DNA from: Eubacteriales bacterium
GTDB taxonomy: Bacteria > Bacillota > Clostridia > Oscillospirales > CAG-272
DNA length: 64,000 nt
Direction of reading: 5' to 3'
Assembly (NCBI GenBank): GCA_045659405.1
Contig: JAZOWX010000043.1
Coordinates: 1,789 to 65,788, forward strand
The notes under the pieces were generated by a model that ran no database searches, was not told where the DNA came from, and was given only the letters and a program-made list of their open reading frames with translations. Position numbers and translations under genes: made by a program. Shown here one piece after another: positions 47,804-58,737 of the stretch. Each line of letters begins with the position of its first letter. The stretch's first letter is position 1.

Positions 47804-48346
47804 TTAATTATTTTCTTTTTTCATTTGCTCTAAAATCTTGCGCAGGGGCTCAAGGCGGGGGTCTATTTCATCCTCCATACAGTTGCATTTACCCTCGTTA
47901 AGATTTTTTCCGCATCTTTGACAAAGCCCAAGACAATCCTCACGGCACAAATGCCTCATAGGGAATTCCACCTCAAGCTCCTCGATAAGATGCTCGTCCA
48001 TATCGAGAAAACCGTCCTCGATAATAGCGTAGTCGTCGAGCTTATATTCGTTCAGGTCTGCAAGCAAATCCCTGGGTGCAACAGTTTTCTCAAGGCTTCT
48101 TGTGAAAACACCGTCAATGGGAGCGAGACACCTTGCGCACTGTGTTTGGTAGTCCACAGTGAATGTGAGCTTCATTCTCATATAACCGGCGGTATTTGTA
48201 ATATCACCCGAAACCTTCATGGGAGAAGGAAAACGTACTCCTACAAGAGTTGCCGAAACGTCTGCGTCCTCGGTATCGAGCGGCAATTCATAATCGAAAG
48301 CCAAAAGCCTATCCCCCGCAAGCAGCGGTCTCAAATCAAGCTTCAC
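47804..48346 (-). CDS. yceD: YceD/DUF177 family protein (23S rRNA accumulation factor)
   Basis: Conserved position upstream of rpmF. C-terminal CREDCLGLCQRCGKNLNEGKCNC. GTG start at 48346, after GGAGGAGG. Confidence 0.8.
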   Translation of the reverse strand: MKLDLRPLLAGDRLLAFDYELPLDTEDADVSATLVGVRFPSPMKVSGDITNTAGYMRMKLTFTVDYQTQCARCLAPIDGVFTRSLEKTVAPRDLLADLNEYKLDDYAIIEDGFLDMDEHLIEELEVEFPMRHLCREDCLGLCQRCGKNLNEGKCNCMEDEIDPRLEPLRKILEQMKKENN

Positions 48347-48587
48347 AAGATACCTCCTCCGGCCATCGCAGGATGGCATTTGCGTAATTTGGGCGCAGTT
48401 TAGGCTACCTTCCCAAAGTCGCACAACATATTATATAACTATTTTTTGGGATTGTCAAGAGCTTTTTTTAATTTTGACATCAAAAATAAAAAATAGGCTT
48501 TTTGGATAAGCTTTATTGACTTTATCTAAAAGTTATTGTATAATCGTAGTGTAAAAATATTTTATACACTATTGGAGGTGTACGACA

Positions 48588-50261
48588 ATGATGACAGATA
48601 TCGAAATTGCTCAGTCTGCAACACCGAAGCACATACTTGATATAGCAAGAGCTGCGGGTGTTGACGAAAAATACATAGAGCTTTATGGCAGAAACAAAGC
48701 GAAAATCGACCTTTCGCTTCTTTCTGATGCAAAGGATAAGCCTGACGGTAAGCTTGTGCTTGTAACAGCAATAACCCCCACACCGGCAGGTGAGGGCAAA
48801 ACCACAACTACAATAGGTCTTGCTGACGGAATGAAGAAGATAGGTAAGAGCGTTGCGGTTGCTCTTCGTGAGCCGTCACTCGGACCTGTATTCGGAGTTA
48901 AGGGCGGCGCTGCAGGCGGCGGATATGCACAGGTTATTCCTATGGAGGATATAAATCTGCATTTCACGGGCGATTTTCACGCTATCGGAGCAGCGAACAA
49001 CCTGCTTGCCGCAATGCTTGATAACCATATTTATCAGGGAAATGCGCTCGGCATTGACCCAAGACGCATAACCTGGAAAAGATGCGTCGATATGAATGAC
49101 CGTCAGCTTCGTTACGTAACCGACGGCCTCGGAGGCAGAGTTAACGGTGTTCCGAGAGAGGACGGCTACGATATAACCGTTGCCTCTGAAATAATGGCGG
49201 TGCTCTGTCTTGCAAATTCTCTTTCCGACCTCAAGGCACGTCTTGCCGGAATAATTGTCGGATATACCTATGACGAGCGCCCGATAACAGCGGGTGACCT
49301 TAAGGCGGAGGGCGCTATGACCGCGCTTCTCAAGGATGCTCTCAAGCCTAACCTTGTACAAACTCTTGAGGGTACACCTGCCTTTGTTCACGGTGGACCT
49401 TTTGCCAACATAGCTCACGGCTGTAACTCGGTAATTGCTACCAAAACGGCTCTCAAAATGGCTGATTACGCTATAACAGAGGCGGGCTTTGGTGCAGACC
49501 TTGGAGCAGAGAAGTTCCTTGATATTAAATGCCGTATGGCAGGTCTTACCCCTGCGGCTGTGGTTATAGTAGCAACCGTAAGAGCGCTCAAAATGCACGG
49601 CGGACTTGCAAAGAGTGAGCTTGGTGAAGAAAATCTCCCAGCGCTTGAGTGCGGCATTCCCAACCTTCTCCGTCACGTTTCAAATATCAAAAACGTATAC
49701 GGCTTGCCCTCTGTCGTTGCTATTAACCGTTTCCCCACGGATACCGATGCCGAGATACAGTTCATTATTGAAAAATGTCGTGAGCTTGGCGTAAACGTCG
49801 TGCTTTCCACAGTTTGGGCAAACGGCGGAGATGGCGGTGTTGAGCTTGCACGTGAGGTTGTTCGCCTGTGCGAATGCGAGAAGCCCGATTTCAAGTTCTC
49901 CTATGAGCTTGATACAACGATAGAAGGAAAAATCGAAGCTGTCGTTAAAAAGGTTTACGGCGGTGACGGTATTGTGGTTACACCGCAGGCTAAAAAGCAG
50001 ATTTCCGCACTCACAGCGCTCGGCTTTGATAAGATGCCGATATGCGTTGCGAAAACTCAGTATTCATTCTCTGACGACCCGACAAAGCTCGGAGCTCCCG
50101 ATGGCTTCCGTGTTACGGTTAAGAATGTAAAGATTTCTGCAGGCGCAGGATTTGTTGTTGTTCTTACGGGCGATATAATGACGATGCCCGGCCTTCCTAA
50201 AGTTCCCGCTGCCGAGAAAATAGACGTTGACGAAAACGGAAAGATAACAGGACTCTTCTAA
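48588..50261 (+). CDS. fhs: Formate-tetrahydrofolate ligase
   Basis: [17 protein letters not shown]-loop and full-length family resemblance. Confidence 0.95.
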   Translation: MMTDIEIAQSATPKHILDIARAAGVDEKYIELYGRNKAKIDLSLLSDAKDKPDGKLVLVTAITPTPAGEGKTTTTIGLADGMKKIGKSVAVALREPSLGPVFGVKGGAAGGGYAQVIPMEDINLHFTGDFHAIGAANNLLAAMLDNHIYQGNALGIDPRRITWKRCVDMNDRQLRYVTDGLGGRVNGVPREDGYDITVASEIMAVLCLANSLSDLKARLAGIIVGYTYDERPITAGDLKAEGAMTALLKDALKPNLVQTLEGTPAFVHGGPFANIAHGCNSVIATKTALKMADYAITEAGFGADLGAEKFLDIKCRMAGLTPAAVVIVATVRALKMHGGLAKSELGEENLPALECGIPNLLRHVSNIKNVYGLPSVVAINRFPTDTDAEIQFIIEKCRELGVNVVLSTVWANGGDGGVELAREVVRLCECEKPDFKFSYELDTTIEGKIEAVVKKVYGGDGIVVTPQAKKQISALTALGFDKMPICVAKTQYSFSDDPTKLGAPDGFRVTVKNVKISAGAGFVVVLTGDIMTMPGLPKVPAAEKIDVDENGKITGLF

Positions 50262-50348
50262 AAACCTCAAGACCTATTGCGATACTTGCAATAGGTCTTA
50301 ACCATAAAAACTCATAATATGTAAATAAAACTTTTCAAAAGGTGATAT

Positions 50349-50915
50349 ATGAAACTGATAATCGCTTCCAACAATAAGCATAAAATCTACGAAATCAAAA
50401 AGATACTTGGTGATAAATTCGAGCAAATACTTTCGCTTTCCGAAGCCGGAATTGTTCATGAAACGGTTGAAGACGGACAGACGTTTATGGAAAATGCCGA
50501 GAAAAAGGCTCGTGAGATTGCTGAGCTTTCTGGTATGTGCGCTCTCGCTGATGACAGCGGAATCTGCATAGATGCTCTTGGTGGCGCTCCGGGTATATAC
50601 AGCGCGAGATTTTCCGGCGGCACTGATGAGGATAACAACAACCTCGTTTTGGAGAAGCTCAAAAATGAGAGTAACAAGTCGGCACATTATGCCTGCGCTA
50701 TGGCGCTTGTGTATCCCGATGGCAAAACCGTAGGCGCTATGGGGTATATGTACGGTAGCATTACGGATTGTCCCCGTGGTACGCACGGCTTCGGATACGA
50801 CCCGCTCTTTATACCTGACGGTGATAGCCGAACCGTTGCGGAATTATCCGACGAGGAAAAGAATGCGATAAGCCACAGAAGCCGTGCGCTTGCAGCGCTT
50901 ATTGAAAAAATATAA
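50349..50915 (+). CDS. rdgB: Non-canonical purine NTP pyrophosphatase (XTP/dITP diphosphatase, RdgB/HAM1)
   Basis: MKLIIASNNKHKIYE, ADDSG and FGYDPLF. Confidence 0.9.
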   Translation: MKLIIASNNKHKIYEIKKILGDKFEQILSLSEAGIVHETVEDGQTFMENAEKKAREIAELSGMCALADDSGICIDALGGAPGIYSARFSGGTDEDNNNLVLEKLKNESNKSAHYACAMALVYPDGKTVGAMGYMYGSITDCPRGTHGFGYDPLFIPDGDSRTVAELSDEEKNAISHRSRALAALIEKI

Positions 50916-50927
50916 GGCGGTTTTTAT

Positions 50928-51611
50928 ATGGAGCTTGACGTTATTCTGCTTGTCATAGAGGTGCTCGGTATAATATCGTTTGCCATTTCGGGCTCTATCA
51001 TTGCGATAGATAAGGAAATGGATATTATCGGAGTTTTCTTTATTGCGCTTTGCACGGCTTTTGGCGGTGGAATTATCCGTGACGTTATGATAGGAAATAT
51101 ACCGCCGCTATTCTTTAGTGAGCTTGTATATCTCGTGATAATTGCAACGCTTGCCGCAACCTTGGTATTCATATTTGCTTGTCTTTTCAAGCGTTGGTAT
51201 CTTGAAAAGGAAGCCTTGATAATCAACATTAATAACTACATAGATGCAATAGGCCTTGGCGCGTTTGCCGTTTCGGGTGTGAAAATCTGTCTTTCTGTAT
51301 GTCCGGGTGCCGGTGCATTTCTGGCTGTGGCAATGGGTGTTGTAAGTGCTGTTGGCGGCGGTATGATACGTGACGTGTGCCTTGGAGATATACCGTTTGT
51401 GCTTCGTAAGCGTGTTTATGCCCTGGCGGCTATTGTCGGAGCAACTCTCTATTACGTAATTGACGTTTTGATTATCGGTGGGGTTGTCGGTGATATTGTC
51501 GGGTCAATTACAGGTGTTTTGTCGGTTGTCCTGATACGTGTACTTGCTACTCGCTTTAAATGGAATCTGCCAAGAGTTAAGCTTACGTATAATCCCGGTG
51601 AAGATAAATAA
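50928..51611 (+). CDS. Trimeric intracellular cation channel family protein (UPF0126/TRIC)
   Basis: Two repeats carrying the glycine motifs TAFGGGIIRD and SAVGGGMIRD. Confidence 0.8.
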   Translation: MELDVILLVIEVLGIISFAISGSIIAIDKEMDIIGVFFIALCTAFGGGIIRDVMIGNIPPLFFSELVYLVIIATLAATLVFIFACLFKRWYLEKEALIININNYIDAIGLGAFAVSGVKICLSVCPGAGAFLAVAMGVVSAVGGGMIRDVCLGDIPFVLRKRVYALAAIVGATLYYVIDVLIIGGVVGDIVGSITGVLSVVLIRVLATRFKWNLPRVKLTYNPGEDK

Positions 51612-51657
51612 GCATTATCGAACTGAAATATTATCGAAAATATTTTTTGAAAAACTA

Positions 51658-51837
51658 TTTACAAAATCAAATCTTTGTGTTATAATACCATAGTATGCTG
51701 TTAAAGTATATATAATATCTATAACTGTGTGTCGTGTATGGCGCTACTCCGTTTGGCGATATGCCTTGCGTGGTAACAGCATTTCACCCGCACCGCACTC
51801 GGTTTGTGATAAATATTTTTAAGAAAGGTGAAGAGAA
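51658..51837 (+). promoter_or_regulatory. rpsO promoter (TTTACA, 17-nt spacer, TGTTATAAT) and ~145-nt leader, a possible S15 autoregulatory element
   Basis: -35 at 51658-51663 and -10 at 51681-51686. The leader is long and GC-rich relative to its flanks. Confidence 0.45.
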
Positions 51838-52104
51838 ATGATTGCAAAGGAAACAAAGACCGCCCTCATTGAAGAATACAAGATCAATGAGAAGGATACA
51901 GGTTCGCCCGAGGTTCAGGTAGCTATTCTTACTAACAGAATCAATAGCCTTACCGAGCATATGAAGGCTAACCCCAAGGACTTCCACTCTCAGAGAGGTC
52001 TTTCCAAGATGGTAGGTCACAGAAAACAGCTTCTTGCTTACCTCGCAAAGAAGGATATCGAAAGATACAGAGCGATAATCAAGAGACTTGGACTCAGAAA
52101 GTAA
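51838..52104 (+). CDS. rpsO: 30S ribosomal protein S15
   Basis: 88 aa with [34 protein letters not shown]. Confidence 0.95.
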   Translation: MIAKETKTALIEEYKINEKDTGSPEVQVAILTNRINSLTEHMKANPKDFHSQRGLSKMVGHRKQLLAYLAKKDIERYRAIIKRLGLRK

Positions 52105-52300
52105 TTTTTCTGTGTCTGTCACACAACGGGAACGGACACATTTCGTTCCCGTTTGTTGTGAAAAAACAAATGTGAAAAAACAAAAAATAAAGAGCGGCGG
52201 AAGTAGCAGTTAAATATGCGTTTTACCAAAAAGTAATGCTTGCACTGTGTGAAGCGTTTATTTAAGTGCTATGTTCGCCCTCAAAAAAAGGAGAACAAAA

Positions 52301-54406
52301 ATGGTAGAAAACTTTAAGACTTTTGATAACTACCGTGTCTACAAGTATGAGCTTGCGGGCAGACCTCTGGTAGTTGAAACAGGTAAGATTGCAGGTCTTG
52401 CAAACGGCTCGGCACTTATTCACTACGGTGAAACAACCGTGCTTGCTTGCGCTACTGCATCTGCAGCACCCAGAGAGGGAATAGACTTCCTTCCTCTTTC
52501 GGTTGACTATGACGAAAAGCTTTACGCAGTAGGTAAGATTCCCGGTGGCTTCCTCAAGCGTGAGGGTAAGCCCAGCGAAAAGGCTGTTCTTGCGGGCCGT
52601 GTTATTGACCGCCCCGTACGTCCCCTCTTCCCCAAGGATCTTCGCAATGACGTGTCGCTTCTTCTCACAATTATGTCGGTTGATCGCGATTGCTCGCCTG
52701 AAATCACCGCAATGATTGGCGCATCTATCGCTCTTTCTATTTCGGATATTCCGTGGAACGGTCCTATCGGCGGCGTATTTATGGGACTTGTTGACGGAAA
52801 AATCGTTGTTAACCCCACAGCAGCACAGCGCAAGGTGAGCGACCTTGAGCTTACAGTTGCAGCATCAGCACAAAAGGTTGTTATGATTGAGGCTGGTGCA
52901 AACGAGGTTTCCGATGAGATTATGTATGACGCTATTATGCAGGCTCATGAGGAAATTAAAGGACTTGTAGCATTCATCAATTCCATCGTAGCAGAGATAG
53001 GTAAGCCTAAATTTGAATACACATCGGGTGAGCTTGATCACGATATGTTCGATGAGATATTCGCTTACTGCGAAAAGGCTGTGATGGAAGCTCTTGATAC
53101 AGATGATAAGAACGTAAGAGATGCAAAAATGCAGCCCATTATGGACGATATCGTTGCTACCTTTGAGGAGAAATATCCTGATATCAAGGTTGTTCTTCCC
53201 GAGCTTATCTACAAGATACAGAAGAAGATAGTACGTCGTTGGCTTCTCGTTGATAAAAAGCGTGTTGACGGCAGACGTATGGACGAGATAAGACCTCTTG
53301 CAGCAGAGGTTGGTGTTATTCCGAGAGTACACGGATCGGGTCTGTTCACACGTGGACAGACACAGGTGCTTACAATAGCAACTCTTGGTACTCTTTCGGA
53401 TGCTCAGAAGCTTGAGGGCCTTGATGATGAGGACACCAAGAGATATATGCATCATTACAATATGCCCGGCTATTCGACAGGCGAGGCAAAGGCACAGAGA
53501 AGCCCCGGACGTCGTGAGATTGGACACGGAGCGCTCGCTGAACGTTCTCTCGTTCCCGTTCTTCCCTCTGAGGAGGAGTTCCCCTACGCAATCCGACTTG
53601 TATCCGAGGTTGTAAGCTCTAATGGTTCTACCTCGCAGGGCTCTGTTTGCGGATCTACTCTTGCTCTTATGGATGCAGGTGTTCCGATCAAAGCTCCCGT
53701 TGCAGGTATTTCCTGCGGTCTTATCACCGCAGAGGATGGATCTTGGGATACTATGATTGATATCCAGGGTCTTGAGGACTTCTACGGAGATATGGACTTT
53801 AAGGTTGCAGGTACTCACAAGGGTATCACCTCTATTCAGATGGACCTTAAGGTTGACGGTCTTACACCCGAAATCATTAAGCAGGCTCTTGAAACTACTC
53901 ATCAGGGTAGAGACGAGATTATAGACAAGATTCTTCTTGCAGCAATTCCCGAGCCTCGCAGTGAGGTTTCTGCATACGCTCCCAAGATGATCACTATGAG
54001 CATCGACCCCGACAAGATTCGTGAGGTTATCGGTAGCGGCGGAAAGGTTATCCAGAAGATAGTTGCTGACACAGGCGCAAAAATCGACATCAACGATGAC
54101 GGAACAGTATTTATCGCTGCTGTTGATAAAGCAAGCGCAGATATGGCAAAGGCTATTATCGAGGCAATTGTATTCGAGCCTGTTGTAGGCGAGACCTACG
54201 AGGGTACAGTTACCAAGACCACCGATTTCGGCGCATTCGTAGAGTATGCACCCGGAAAAGAGGGAATGGTACACATTTCCAAGCTTCAGTTCAAGAGAAC
54301 CGAAAAGGTTGAAGACGTTGTTAAGGTTGGCGATACCGTTAGAATCAAGTATATGGGACTTGACAACAAGGGAAGGCCTGACTTCTCAATGCGTGATGCC
54401 GATTAA
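52301..54406 (+). CDS. pnp: Polyribonucleotide nucleotidyltransferase (PNPase)
   Basis: Two RNase PH domains plus KH and S1 (GETYEGTVTKTTDFGAFVEY). Start at the ATG at 52301, after AAAGGAGAA. Confidence 0.95.
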   Translation: MVENFKTFDNYRVYKYELAGRPLVVETGKIAGLANGSALIHYGETTVLACATASAAPREGIDFLPLSVDYDEKLYAVGKIPGGFLKREGKPSEKAVLAGRVIDRPVRPLFPKDLRNDVSLLLTIMSVDRDCSPEITAMIGASIALSISDIPWNGPIGGVFMGLVDGKIVVNPTAAQRKVSDLELTVAASAQKVVMIEAGANEVSDEIMYDAIMQAHEEIKGLVAFINSIVAEIGKPKFEYTSGELDHDMFDEIFAYCEKAVMEALDTDDKNVRDAKMQPIMDDIVATFEEKYPDIKVVLPELIYKIQKKIVRRWLLVDKKRVDGRRMDEIRPLAAEVGVIPRVHGSGLFTRGQTQVLTIATLGTLSDAQKLEGLDDEDTKRYMHHYNMPGYSTGEAKAQRSPGRREIGHGALAERSLVPVLPSEEEFPYAIRLVSEVVSSNGSTSQGSVCGSTLALMDAGVPIKAPVAGISCGLITAEDGSWDTMIDIQGLEDFYGDMDFKVAGTHKGITSIQMDLKVDGLTPEIIKQALETTHQGRDEIIDKILLAAIPEPRSEVSAYAPKMITMSIDPDKIREVIGSGGKVIQKIVADTGAKIDINDDGTVFIAAVDKASADMAKAIIEAIVFEPVVGETYEGTVTKTTDFGAFVEYAPGKEGMVHISKLQFKRTEKVEDVVKVGDTVRIKYMGLDNKGRPDFSMRDAD

Positions 54407-54760
54407 GTATGGCTGATATTTTTGAATAATACTTTGAACCGTCCACTCGGAGTACGCTCGTACACCGTCGTGGGCGGTTCTTCGTCTTATCCTAAAAATA
54501 TCAGCCATAGGCGGATTAGGTATAAGTTTGTGATACCTTTGAATAATGCTTCGAGCCGTTCAACCAGAGTACATTCGTACACCGTCGTGGGTAGTTCTTC
54601 GTCTTATTCTAAAAATATCAGCCATAGGCGAATTGGGTATAAGTTTGTGACACCTTTGAATAATGCTTCGCACTGTTCAATCGGAGCACGCACGTACACC
54701 GTCGTGGGCGGTTCTTCATCTTATTCTGAAAATCAACATAAACGTATAATGTACAAGCAA
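54395..54760. repeat. 117-bp tandem repeat, about 3 copies, beginning at the pnp stop codon
   Basis: Unit starts at 54421, 54538 and 54655. The 16-nt arm TATGGCTGATATTTTT (54408-54423) is complementary to AAAAATATCAGCCATA at 54494-54509 and 54611-54626. Confidence 0.85.
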
Positions 54761-54874
54761 AAAGCTGACTTTGACAACTTAAGTTATCAAAGTCAGGTGT
54801 GAGACTGTGTATATTTGTAATTTTTTAATTTGCGGTTGCCATAATTTGTTGGCAAACGCATATTGCTTTGCTTT

Positions 54875-56155
54875 TTAAATCAATCCGCCAAAGCTTTTTT
54901 CGTATTCTTCAAGATCTATAACCTTGCCGCTGATACGCGACTCTTCTGCGGCGAATGAAATAAGGTGATTGCGGCAGGTGTCTGCAAGTGTGCAAATCGA
55001 GTTGTTTTCTTTATTTCCGTTCAGTCGTTGCAATACAGCGTTCATTATGCCCGGATCGCCACCGCCGTGGCCGTCTGCGATGCCCTCACCGCTGACAATA
55101 TCCGAGAAGTATATTTTTTCGCTCTTTCGTGTTCCAAAATCAAAAATGGTAATGAAGTTATCCTGCATAGAGGCAACAAGCTCGCCGCATGTTCCCATAA
55201 TGCGAATGTATCTTCCGCCTTCGTTAAATGCGCACATAGAGAAGCTTACGGTTGCGCCGCCCTCAAATTCAAGGTTTACCGTCTGATGGTCTACAACGTT
55301 GTTGGGGCAGTCGAATACGCATTTGCCGTAGTCGGTCGTGCGAAGCATTTCATATATTTGCTCGTCTGTGGGGTTCTTTCTTCTTGTTGCATTCTCGACA
55401 AAAACGGTGTGCTCGTGCTCCGCGTTGATGTAAAATCTCGGAGCGCTGTAAACGCAGCTATCTACGTATTTACAGTCAAGGCAACGTGCCGCTGCACCCT
55501 CCGGCATATTCTCTTTCTTGAAATATGTGAGGCTGCCAAAGCTGTGAACTCTCTTGCACCTTTTACCGAGCAGCCATTGGAGAATGTCCATGTCGTGGCA
55601 GGTCTTTTGTAAAATCATGCAGGAGCTTTCCTCGCTGTTGCGCCAGTTGCCTCTGACAAAGCTGTGAGCCTGATGCAGATTTCCAACCCACTCTGCGTGC
55701 TGGATATGTATAATCTCACCGAGTCTTCCGTCGTCAATAAGCCTTTTTATAGCGCAGAAGAAGCTTGTGAATCGAAGCACGTGACAAACAAGCACAAAAA
55801 CACCCTTTTGGGTTGCCGCACGCTCAATCTCACAGCACTCGGCAGGTGTTGCAGACATTGGCTTTTCGAGCAGGATATTATATCCCTTTTCAATAGCTGC
55901 CATAACGGGCGCATAATGGTCACGGTCCATAGTTGCTATAATTACAAGGTCGGCAAACTTCGGACGAGCCAAAATCTCCTCCCAGGATGTCTGGCACAAT
56001 TCTTCCGGAATGTTATAAAGCTCTTTTATATAATTTCTTCTTGTTTCTACCGGCTCTGCAACCGCAACAACGGTAAACTCACCGTTCATTTTTGCGGCAA
56101 TGTCTGCATAGGTAGTTCCACGTCCGCCCGCACCGATAACAATAATCTTTTTCAC
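54875..56155 (-). CDS. Gfo/Idh/MocA family oxidoreductase
   Basis: MKKIIVIGAGGRGTTYA Rossmann loop and EKPMS motif. Confidence 0.85.
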   Translation of the reverse strand: MKKIIVIGAGGRGTTYADIAAKMNGEFTVVAVAEPVETRRNYIKELYNIPEELCQTSWEEILARPKFADLVIIATMDRDHYAPVMAAIEKGYNILLEKPMSATPAECCEIERAATQKGVFVLVCHVLRFTSFFCAIKRLIDDGRLGEIIHIQHAEWVGNLHQAHSFVRGNWRNSEESSCMILQKTCHDMDILQWLLGKRCKRVHSFGSLTYFKKENMPEGAAARCLDCKYVDSCVYSAPRFYINAEHEHTVFVENATRRKNPTDEQIYEMLRTTDYGKCVFDCPNNVVDHQTVNLEFEGGATVSFSMCAFNEGGRYIRIMGTCGELVASMQDNFITIFDFGTRKSEKIYFSDIVSGEGIADGHGGGDPGIMNAVLQRLNGNKENNSICTLADTCRNHLISFAAEESRISGKVIDLEEYEKSFGGLI

Positions 56156-56300
56156 AAAATCTTCCTCCTGATTTGAATGTATTTTTTACTTATATTTGTT
56201 GACATTGACTTTTCTTTATTCTATAATATTATTAGATGTATGTCAATTGACTATTTTACGGCATAGGTGTACTTTTTTACTGTTTTTGTCGGAGGGAACA

Positions 56301-57140
56301 ATGCGCTTTCTATATCACGCTTTTTCAGATGAGTTGGGTCCGAATACTTGTAGTGTGCAATCGGACGAAGCTCCGCTTATTGTGAACTGTGCGGGAAATA
56401 TCTCTTACGAGAAGCCTTTTGAAACCGATAATGCACAGGGACGAGAGGATTTTTACCTTATGTATATACTTAAGGGGCAAATCAGCGTACCGCTTGGCAC
56501 AGATGAGAAAATTGCCTCATCAGGTGATATTCTTATTTTTCCGCCCCACTTCCGTTATAGGTATAGCTACTCCGGCAAGGAGACGCTTGAATACACCTTT
56601 GTTCATTTTACCGGTTCTTATGCCGAAAGATTTTTGGAGCTTTGCGGCTTATCACCTCTTCCGCTTTTATTTAGCACAGAGTGCGACAGACGTATTGCAG
56701 ACAGCTTTAGCCGTTTTCTCGAGTGTACCGAGAAAACCTCGCATCTGCAGAAATACGAGCTTGCGTGTATGCTGGAGCAGACGCTGCTTTCAATAGCTGA
56801 TTATCTTACCGGAGCTTCAACTGTGCGCACCTTTGAAAACTCATTGCATATAATGCATACGGCATATCACAGCGATATTCGTGTCCCCGAGCTGGCAAAG
56901 GCGGAAAATTTGAGCCACTCACGCTACGTGGAGCTTTTCAGAAGACAGTTTGGAATGTCGCCTATGGCCTATCTGATACGTCTGCGAATGCGTGCGGCGT
57001 GCAGTTTGCTTGAAACTACGGATATTCAGGTCGGGCGCATTGCCAATATGGTCAGCTATGACGATCCGCACTTTTTCAGTAAGCTTTTTAAAAAGCATAT
57101 TGGAATTTCACCTACTGAATACCGTGAAAAGCGTACATAA
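56301..57140 (+). CDS. AraC family transcriptional regulator
   Basis: Cupin-type N-terminus and C-terminal RIANMVSYDDPHFFSKLFKKHIGISPTEYR. Start at the ATG at 56301. Confidence 0.85.
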   Translation: MRFLYHAFSDELGPNTCSVQSDEAPLIVNCAGNISYEKPFETDNAQGREDFYLMYILKGQISVPLGTDEKIASSGDILIFPPHFRYRYSYSGKETLEYTFVHFTGSYAERFLELCGLSPLPLLFSTECDRRIADSFSRFLECTEKTSHLQKYELACMLEQTLLSIADYLTGASTVRTFENSLHIMHTAYHSDIRVPELAKAENLSHSRYVELFRRQFGMSPMAYLIRLRMRAACSLLETTDIQVGRIANMVSYDDPHFFSKLFKKHIGISPTEYREKRT

Positions 57141-57179
57141 TTGTAATAATGATAAATAAGCTTTAGGAAAGGAATTATT

Positions 57180-58217
57180 ATGATACCCGAACTCAACGAA
57201 AGAAATTTTAAGGTGCTTGGCATAGGTGAGGTAATGTTAAGACTTTCCCCCGTTGGAAAGGAGCGCATTTCGTACTGCGAAACCTTTGAGAAAAAAGCGG
57301 GTGGATCAGAGTTAAACGTAGTTTCGGGTGTTTCTATGCTCGGACTTCGAACAGGTATGATAACAAAGCTTCCTAAAAACGAAATAGGAAAATTTGTAAA
57401 GCTTAAAATACGTTACGGCGGAACGTCGGACGATTTTGTAATTTATGACAGGTCACCCGAAAAAAGGCTTGGGGTGTATTATTATGAGGGCGGCGCTTAT
57501 CCGAGACTTCCTGTTGTTTGCTATGACAGGGCAAATTCCTCATTCGTTCATTTTAGAAAAGAGGAGCTTCCCGAGAGCATATATACCGCAACAAACGTAT
57601 TCCATACCAGCGGAATCAGCCTCGCACTTGATAAAGCTCTGCGAGAGAATATAATCTCTATGATGCATAGATTCCACGAAGAGGGAGCACTCATTTCCTT
57701 TGACGTAAACTATCGGGCAACCCTTTGGAGTGAGGAGGAGGCAAAGGCTACTATTGAGAGCATTCTTCCTATTATAAATATCCTCTTTATATCAGAAGAA
57801 ACACTGCGCAGAATGTTCGGAATGCAGGGAACTCTTGAGCAAATACATAAGGAGTTTGCAAAGAGATATCCGAATGTAGAAATAATTGCCAGCACGAAAA
57901 GAAACGTAAAATCTCCGCAAAAGCACGACTTCACCTCTCTCGTATATGATTGCCGTGAGGACTTACACTTCAGCGATACCCCTTATTTCGATATTGACGT
58001 TGTGGACAGAATAGGCTCGGGCGACGCATACGTCGCAGGTGCGCTTTACGGTCTTTTGAAGCATAGAAGCATTAGCGCTATGGCAAAATACGGCGATGCT
58101 ATGGCGGCATTGAAAAACACCGTAATGGGTGATATGACCGAATGTGATCTTAACGATATCGAGCGCATTATCTCTGCGCACGAATCCACAGGCCCGAAAA
58201 GCGAAATGCAAAGATAA
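57180..58217 (+). CDS. PfkB-family sugar kinase (2-dehydro-3-deoxygluconokinase-like)
   Basis: GGSELNV N-terminal motif and DRIGSGDAYVAGALYG C-terminal PfkB signature. Confidence 0.8.
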   Translation: MIPELNERNFKVLGIGEVMLRLSPVGKERISYCETFEKKAGGSELNVVSGVSMLGLRTGMITKLPKNEIGKFVKLKIRYGGTSDDFVIYDRSPEKRLGVYYYEGGAYPRLPVVCYDRANSSFVHFRKEELPESIYTATNVFHTSGISLALDKALRENIISMMHRFHEEGALISFDVNYRATLWSEEEAKATIESILPIINILFISEETLRRMFGMQGTLEQIHKEFAKRYPNVEIIASTKRNVKSPQKHDFTSLVYDCREDLHFSDTPYFDIDVVDRIGSGDAYVAGALYGLLKHRSISAMAKYGDAMAALKNTVMGDMTECDLNDIERIISAHESTGPKSEMQR

Positions 58218-58265
58218 CTCGGAATACAGTGGTGGTGTCAAATCGCTGTAAACTAACCAAAAAAG

Positions 58266-58301
58266 AAAAATCGATACCGAATCTGCGGTATCGATTTTTT
58301 G
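58266..58301. terminator. Bidirectional terminator
   Basis: TCGATACCG / CGGTATCGA stem followed by TTTTTT. Confidence 0.8.
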
Positions 58302-58315
58302 CATTTAAAATTCTT

Positions 58316-58543
58316 TTATTTGCTGAGGAACCAGATTACAAGGAAAGCAAGAATCATAAAGGGAGAGCACATCAAAAGTATAAGTATACCTGTGGTAACG
58401 TGATCCCATACTATTTTCCACTTTACCGTCTTGAGCCAAGGAATGAAGTTCTTGCAAAATTCAACTGTTTTCTTGTATGCAACCTTGCAGAATTTTACAA
58501 CCTTTTCCCAAACGTTTTTGAAGAATTCTTTTATCTTATCCAT
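58316..58543 (-). CDS. Small membrane-anchored protein (75 aa)
   Basis: Lys-rich amphipathic N-terminus and one C-terminal TM helix (GILILLMCSPFMILAFLVIWF). No recognised family. Confidence 0.45.
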   Translation of the reverse strand: MDKIKEFFKNVWEKVVKFCKVAYKKTVEFCKNFIPWLKTVKWKIVWDHVTTGILILLMCSPFMILAFLVIWFLSK

Positions 58544-58737
58544 ATCTGCCTCCGAATATGTATCATCGTGTCAAAAGACTTTACCTATCCATTTTAACAT
58601 ACATTTTCATTTAAGTCAATATTTAAAATACAAAATTATCACCGGGTAAGGCATAAATTTCTCTTTTTACTTATTCTTTATAATGTTTATATTGAAAAAA
58701 AGCGTCATATATGCTATATTACTAATGGGGTGATTTT

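Noticed and set aside
50269-50299. 12-bp perfect hairpin after fhs as a rho-independent terminator
   Set aside because: The stem is convincing, but no T-run follows on the plus strand. It may still be a processing or stability element, but I did not call it a terminator.
54395-54760. CRISPR array
   Set aside because: The 117-bp period is too long. The units are contiguous diverged copies with no unique spacers, and no cas genes are present in the window.
54422-54802. 126-aa ORF reading through the region downstream of pnp
   Set aside because: It has a TTG start and no RBS. The open frame arises because the 117-bp tandem repeat is a multiple of 3, and the peptide is simply the repeat translated.
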